NCBI GenBank assembly: GCA_964016885.1
Contig: OZ024740.1
Location: forward strand, 29,016,001-29,080,000
Length of the DNA: 64,000 bases
From: Eledone cirrhosa
Lineage: Eukaryota
Reading direction: 5' to 3'
Within the stretch, counting starts at the first letter, position 1; every line of letters begins with the position of its first letter. The notes under the pieces were generated by a model. That model was not told the origin of the DNA. It ran no database searches and saw only the letters and a program-made list of their open reading frames with translations. A program made the position numbers and the translations under genes. Positions 56,710 to 64,000 of the stretch are shown piece after piece.

Positions 56710-57920
56710 GGTAGTAGTAGTGTCAGTGGTAGTAGTAGTGTTGGTGGTAGTGTTAGTGGTGTTGGTAGTAGTAGTGTCAGTGGTAATAGTAGTGTTGGTG
56801 GTAGTGTTAGAGGTGTTGGTAGTAGTAGTGTCAGTGGTAATAGTAGTGTTGGTGGTAGTGTTAGTGGTGTTGGTAGTAGTAGTGTCAGTGGTAATAGTAG
56901 TGTTGGTGGTAGTGTTAGAGGTGTTGGTAGTAGTAGTGTCAGTGGTAATAGTAGTGTTGGTGGTAGTGTTAGTGGTGTTGGTAGTAGTAGTGTCAGTGGT
57001 AATAGTAGTGTTGGTAGTAGTAGTGTCAGTGGTAATAGTAGTGTTGGTGGTAGTGTTAGTGGTGTTGGTAGTAGTAGTGTCAGTGGTAATAGTAGTGTTG
57101 GTGGTAGTGTTAGAGGTGTTGGTAGTAGTAGTGTCAGTGGTAATAGTAGTGTTGGTGGTAGTGTTAGAGGTGTTGGTAGTAGTAGTGTCAGTGGTAATAG
57201 TAGTGTTGGTAGTAGTAGTGTCAGTGGTAATAGTAGTGTTGGTGGTAGTGTTAGTGGTGTTGGTAGTAGTAGTGTCAGTGGTAATAGTAGTGTTGGTGGT
57301 AGTGTTAGAGGTGTTGGTAGTAGTAGTGTCAGTGGTAATAGTAGTGTTGGTGATTGTGTTAGAGGTGTTGGTAGTAGTAGTGTCAGTGGTAATAGTAGTG
57401 TTGGTGGTAGTGTTAGAGGTGTTGGTAGTAGTAGTATCAGTGGTAATAGTAGTGTTGGTGGTAATAGTAGTGTTGGTGGTAGTGTTAGAGGTGTTGGTAG
57501 TAGTAGTGTTGGCAATAGTAGTGTTGGTGGTAGTGTTAGAGGTGTTGGTAGTAGTAGTGTTGGCAATAGTAGTGTTGGTGGTAGTGTTAGAGGTGTTGGT
57601 AGTAGTAGTATCAGTGGTAATAGTAGTGTCAGTGGTAATAGTAGTGTTGTGATAGTGTTAGAGGTGTTGGTAGTAGTAGTGTCAGTGGTAATAGTAGTGT
57701 TGGTGGTAGTGTTAGTGGTGTTGGTAGTAGTAGTGTTGGCAATAGTAGTGTTAGTGGTAGTGTTAGAGGTGTTAGTAGTAGTAGTGTTGGCAATAGTAGT
57801 GTTGGTGGTAGTGTTAGAGGTGTTGGTAGTAGTAGTGTTGGCAATAATAGTGTTGGTGGTAGTGTTAGAGGTGTTGGTAGTAGTAGTGTTGGCAATAGTA
57901 GTGTTGGTGGTAGTATTAGA
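56710..57920. repeat. Minisatellite, ~54-bp unit built from gtN triplets
   Basis: gtgttagaggtgttggtagtagtagtgtcagtggtaatagtagtgttggtggta repeated. Confidence 0.9.
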
Positions 57921-57921
57921 G

Positions 57922-58055
57922 GATTTAGGCACAAGGCCCGCAATTTGGGAGAGGGGAGAGTCGATTAAGTCGACCCCAGTGAGTGACTGGTACATTATTT
58001 TATTTACCCCGGTGGCATTTGAACTTAGAACGTAAATGGCCCAAACTCTATGCTG
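57922..58055 (-). mobile_element. tRNA-derived SINE fragment
   Basis: ttaggcacaaggcc..aattt..gtcgattaagtcgaccccagt..actggtac..atttgaactt matches the SINE reverse complement. Confidence 0.7.
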
Positions 58056-58529
58056 TAGATCCGTAACTTCTAAAGGAGTCGTAGAGGCACTGTATTGATA
58101 TAGGGTATTTCTTAGGGCTTTTATAAACCAGGCGGAGCCTATCCCCTCTCTAGGCCTCTATATAATATAGTGGGGTGAAAAACTAAAATTATCCCCGCCA
58201 TTATTAGCCAAAAACTTCCTCTGTGTTTAAAATATCAGGGAGAAAACTCCAATAAGATCAGTTGGGTGAAATATAGAAAATATAGAGATTACTCATTGAA
58301 GAAGATCTTGTCTTTACAGCCAACTAATGAATCACGTTTCAGCCTTATTAGAACTCCACAGTGAAGCATTTTCTATTTATTTGATACGACTAAAACTAAT
58401 CAATATTTCCAGATATAGGAGAAATCGGGAATAGTTTACCGCGGAAAACATTATCCAATATTCATTATTAAAACATTAATGTATGACTTGCTTGATATAT
58501 GGCTGTTCTTTCTAGCAAACCTATAGGAT

Positions 58530-58679
58530 ATAGTAGTAGTAGTAGTGGTGGTGGTGGTGGTGGTGGTGGTGGTGGTGGTGGTGGTGGTGGTGGTGGTGGT
58601 TGTGGTGGTGGTGGTAGTGGTGGTGGTGGTGGTGGTGGTAGAGGTGGTGGTGGTGGCGGCGACGACGGCAGCAGTAGTT

Positions 58680-58716
<37 letters not shown>

Positions 58717-58813
58717 CAGTAGTAGTAGTGGTGGTGGTGGTGGTGGTGGTGGTGGTGGTGGTGGTGGTGGTGGTGGTGGTAGAGGTGGGGGTGGTGGCGG
58801 TGCTGACGGCAGC

Positions 58814-58858
<45 letters not shown>

Positions 58859-58969
58859 TGTAGTAGTAGCAGTAGTAGTAGTAGTAGTAGTTGTAGCAGC
58901 AGTAGTAGTAGTTGTAGAAGTAGTAGTAGTAATAGCAGCAGCAGCAAAATCAGCAGTAGTAGTAGCAGC

Positions 58970-59023
<54 letters not shown>

Positions 59024-59045
59024 TGTGGTGGTGATGTTGGTAGTG
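58530..59045. repeat. (GGT)n/(AGT)n trinucleotide repeats
   Basis: Direct reading. Confidence 0.95.
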
Positions 59046-59369
59046 ATGTTAATATTTGTTGTGGAGGTGCCGCAGGCGTGAGTCGTGGTGGTAGGTGCGT
59101 GGTAATTACTATGGTGATGGAGGTTAGAGAGAGAGTGAGAGAGAGGGGGGGGGGTAGAGAGAAAGAAAGAGAGAGAGAGAGTAAGAGAGAGAGAAAGAAA
59201 GAAAAAAGAAAAAAAGAAAGAAAACGGCAACGAATCGAAGAGGAGAACGAAAGAGAAAATAAGAAATAGAGAAAGATAGGGAGAAAGATGTTTAAAATAG
59301 ATGAGGAGAGAGAGAGAAGGAAGTAAAGCTGAGAGAGAGAGAGTAAGGGAGTATCAAGTGTAGCTAGAG

Positions 59370-60295
59370 TAGGGTAGTGGGTTGAGGTAGTGGGTGAGGG
59401 TGTGGGGTGAAATACAGGGGTGGGGTAGTGAGATGGGTGGGGTAGTGGTGTGTGGGTTGGGGTGTGTGAGGTAGAGGGGTCATGTAGTGGGCTGAGTTAG
59501 TGGGGTGAGGTAGAGGGGTGAGGAAGTGGGGGAGGTAGTGGGGGGTAGTGGTGTGAGGAAGTGGGGTGAGGTAGTGGGGTGCGGTAGAGGGGTGAGGGTG
59601 TGTGGGTGGGGTGGGGTGATGAGTGGGGGTGAGAGAGGTAGTGAGGTGGGGAAGTGTGGTGGGTGAGGTAGTGGTGTGGGGGAGTGGGGAGTGATGTAGA
59701 GGGGTGATGTAGTGGGGTGAGGGGTGGAGTTAGGTAGTGGGGTGAGGTAGTGGGGTGAGGTAGAGGGGGAGGTAGTGGGGTGAGGGGTGGAGTTAGGTAG
59801 TGGGGTGAGGTAGTGGGGTGAGGTAGAGGGGTGATGTAGTGGGGTGAGGGGTGGAGTTAGGTAGTGGGGTGAGGTAGTGGGGTGAGGTAGAGGGGGGGGG
59901 TAGTGGGGGGGGGGGGGGTGAGGAATTGGGGTGAGATAGTAGGGTGAGGGAGTGGGGTGAGGTAGTGGGGTGAGAGAGGGGTGAGGTAGTGGGGTGAGGG
60001 AGTGGGGTGAGGTAGAGGGGTGAGATAGTAGGGTGAGGGAGTGGGGTGAGGTAGTGGGGTGAGAGAGGGGTGAGGTAGTGGGGTGAGGGAGTGGGGTGAG
60101 GTAGTAGGGTGAGGTAGTGAGGTGAGAGAGGAGTGATGGAGTGGGGTGGGGTAGTGGGGTGAGGGATTGGGCTGAGGTAGTGGGGTGGGGTAGTGGGGTG
60201 AGGGAGTGGGGGTGAGGTAGTGGGGTGAGGTAGTGGGGTGAGAGAGGAGTGAGGTAGTGGGGTGAGGTAGTAGGGTGAGAGAGTGGGGTGAGGGA
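59370..60295. repeat. G-rich ~13-bp satellite (gaggtagtggggt)
   Basis: Direct reading; dense GGGG tracts. Confidence 0.9.
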
Positions 60296-60452
60296 AAGGG
60301 AAAGGGGAGGGGGTATGGAGGTTACAATTCCTCAGTCTTCCCTGTCACCCACTCCACTATCATTACAAGTCTTACTCTCATCCACCTCCTTTTCATGCTA
60401 CTACTACTACTACTACTACTACTACTGCTGCTGTTACTACTACTACTACTAC

Positions 60453-60484
<32 letters not shown>

Positions 60485-60903
60485 TGAGTAGTAGGAGTAC
60501 AAATGTAACATCCATCAGCATAAAGCAGAAATATGTAGCAGTATCTTTACTGAGAAATTCTAGCTTGGTCTCAACACACACACACACACAGATGCATACA
60601 CACGCACATACACACACATACATACACACACACACTAACACACACATAGACACACACACATACACAGGCATACACACACACACACTAACACACACACAGA
60701 CACACACACACCCACAAACACACACACAGACACACACACAGTAACACCCACACACACACACATTAATACACACACTAACACACCCACACACACACACATA
60801 CACACACTAACACCCACCCACTCACACACGCACACTCACACACACATACACACAGACACACAAGCACACTCACACACATACACGCACAAATGTACATGTG
60901 TGT

Positions 60904-61014
<111 letters not shown>

Positions 61015-61317
61015 GAATAATCGAGTATCGAAAAATCGGCGCACGAGTTCACGATAAACAAAATTCGATATGAGCGGCAGAGGGCTCCATAATTTAGATA
61101 AATCAGAGCTATAACTAACGTTAAAATACCGTCACACATAGAACAAGTCTATAATCAACCGTACGATCGAAAAGTTGCGATCTGGAAGATTCGGGACACT
61201 CAGATAAAAAAATCAATAAATCAATAAATCAAATGAATGTAAAAAGCATACCCGGACCCGCTAGAAAGATGTTAAATCTAGCTTCTTGGGTTTCTGTAAA
61301 TCCTTAAACTGTTCTCA

Positions 61318-62495
<1,178 letters not shown>

Positions 62496-62509
62496 TATAT
62501 ATATATATA

Positions 62510-63830
62510 TTTATTGTTATACTTGGGGAGGGTCATATTGTTGTAATAATATTGCCAGAATTAATAACAGAACACATTGTTTGGTTGGTTTTCGCTTCTG
62601 TATCTTTTATATCAGTTCATTTATTCGGTCCTAAATGTTTACCATTGACTGACCAACGGTCAAAAATACAGATATAATATAGACACAAACACATATATAT
62701 AGTCTAATAAAGTTCTTTCGTTGCACATCTGCAACATCGTCAGTGGTGCTATTGTGTTCCTCCTTTTGTATTGTATATCTACGCCATCTTTATTTAATTT
62801 GTTTATTTATTTATTTATTGATTTTTGTCTTCTCTGCGCATGCGTTTGCGTGTGTGTATAGTGTTTGGTGTGTGTTTTCGCGTTTGGGTGATTGTGTTTT
62901 GGTTATTGTATTCTATCTTAGTTTACTAGTGTGTGTTTATATGTGTTTGTTGTTATTGTGCTTGTGTATATATTTATTTATTTATTTATATTTCTCTTAG
63001 GTCAGTATTGTTTGTTTGGGTGTTGTTATTCCATTCATGTTTTTTGTTTAGCTTTGGCCTTCTAAGTTCAATTTCACTTGCCTCTCTGATTTGCCTATCT
63101 GCTGGGTCATTTCTATGTTTAGATATTATTTTAATTTCTATGTTATCTATGTTACCGTGATGTTGTTGTCTGGGGTGTCCGTATAGTACTGAACCATTTT
63201 TTCGTCCTTTTAGTCCCCCCCCTCCAGTGTTGGTCTATCCTTTCAACTATGCTACGAGCTGTCTCGCCTATGTATGTTGTTGTCATGTTTCTGCAAGTAC
63301 CCTCTGTACATCTTATGCTATAGACTACGTTTCTAGTTTTACAGTTTATCCGGGGGTTTACTTTACATATGATACATTTCCTATTAGTACAGTGGGTTTT
63401 TTTAAAAGGGTATGTTTTGATGATCAGGGATTTTATGGTAGTTCCTGGCTTTTCTACCACCTTAATCTTTAAGTAGGTCTTTGTCAGTGCCTTTCTACAC
63501 TGGTTAACTAATCTCCCTCCTGGGATAGCGTCCACGAACATGACGCTCTGGTTTCACTGGTTGTCGTACCATGAGGTGGCTTTCCCTATCTTATGTTTAG
63601 TCCTATCTTTGCTATTCCATGATTTGCTCCTGTATAATGGGCAAATTCCTTTCATGTCCAGTTCTATGAGGGCCTTATACTTCTCCGTGGCTCCTTCTTA
63701 TACTCTGATTCTGTCTCTTTGGTTGTAGCCAGAGAACTGCACGCGGTTGATGAAGTGTTGGATGTGTCTTTCCATTTCTATTGGGTCGCACATGCGGGAC
63801 ACATTCTTCATCACTCGTACCAATTCTGCA
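62510..63830 (-). mobile_element. Penelope-like element fragment related to the 13350-16425 family
   Basis: ORF 63152-63541 CIICK..NVVYSIRC..YIGETARS; upstream ELVRVMKNVSRMC..QFSGY. Confidence 0.85.
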
Positions 63831-64000
63831 CGCACTATACGCGAAATGAATATAAGCTATAGCGTATATTAACCTCAGTACTAATAAACAAACGTCACTT
63901 ATGATGGATTAAAAAACTTGAAATGCTACTGTCTGGTGATCTCACAGGGCCTACAGTAGGCATGTCAAACTGAGGTTCCACTGAGGGCCACATGGGTCAC

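Noticed and set aside
58115-58170. GC-box plus TATA-like promoter motif
   Set aside because: Short motifs expected by chance; no downstream gene
55138-59269. Long Thr-, Val-, Gly/Ser- or Leu/Pro-rich ORFs resembling mucins or structural proteins
   Set aside because: Products of triplet-based repeats with frequent frame changes; the 56325-57995 ORF starts inside a SINE and has no domain
63955-64000. Possible hAT-type MITE terminus (cagtaggcatgtcaaact..gagggccac)
   Set aside because: Cut by the window edge; no partner TIR or TSD visible

Overview
AT-rich, repeat-saturated animal DNA with no recognisable host gene. The tRNA-derived SINE family points to an octopod cephalopod (inference). The window is a mosaic of (TA)n/(CA)n/(GA)n/(GGT)n microsatellites and minisatellites carrying retroelements. 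These are several Penelope-like elements (PLEs; one near-intact 761-aa RT + GIY-YIG ORF at 7008-9293), RLE-type non-LTR elements (CRE-like, R4/Dong-like), RTE, CR1/L2- and Tx1/L1-like remnants, and tRNA SINEs. The most striking layer is non-coding: about ten distinct short repeat families, each built around a type I hammerhead ribozyme (CUGANGA...GAAA...NUH). Most sit inside (TA)n tracts, usually as fold-back inverted pairs whose breakpoints fall at the ribozyme. They include a 469-bp tandem retrozyme-like array whose sense arm starts at the predicted GUC cleavage site, a family with a recurrent U4A core variant, and one with an 8-nt core. Folds were derived by eye and activity is untested. 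Most ORF-track entries are microsatellite artefacts.
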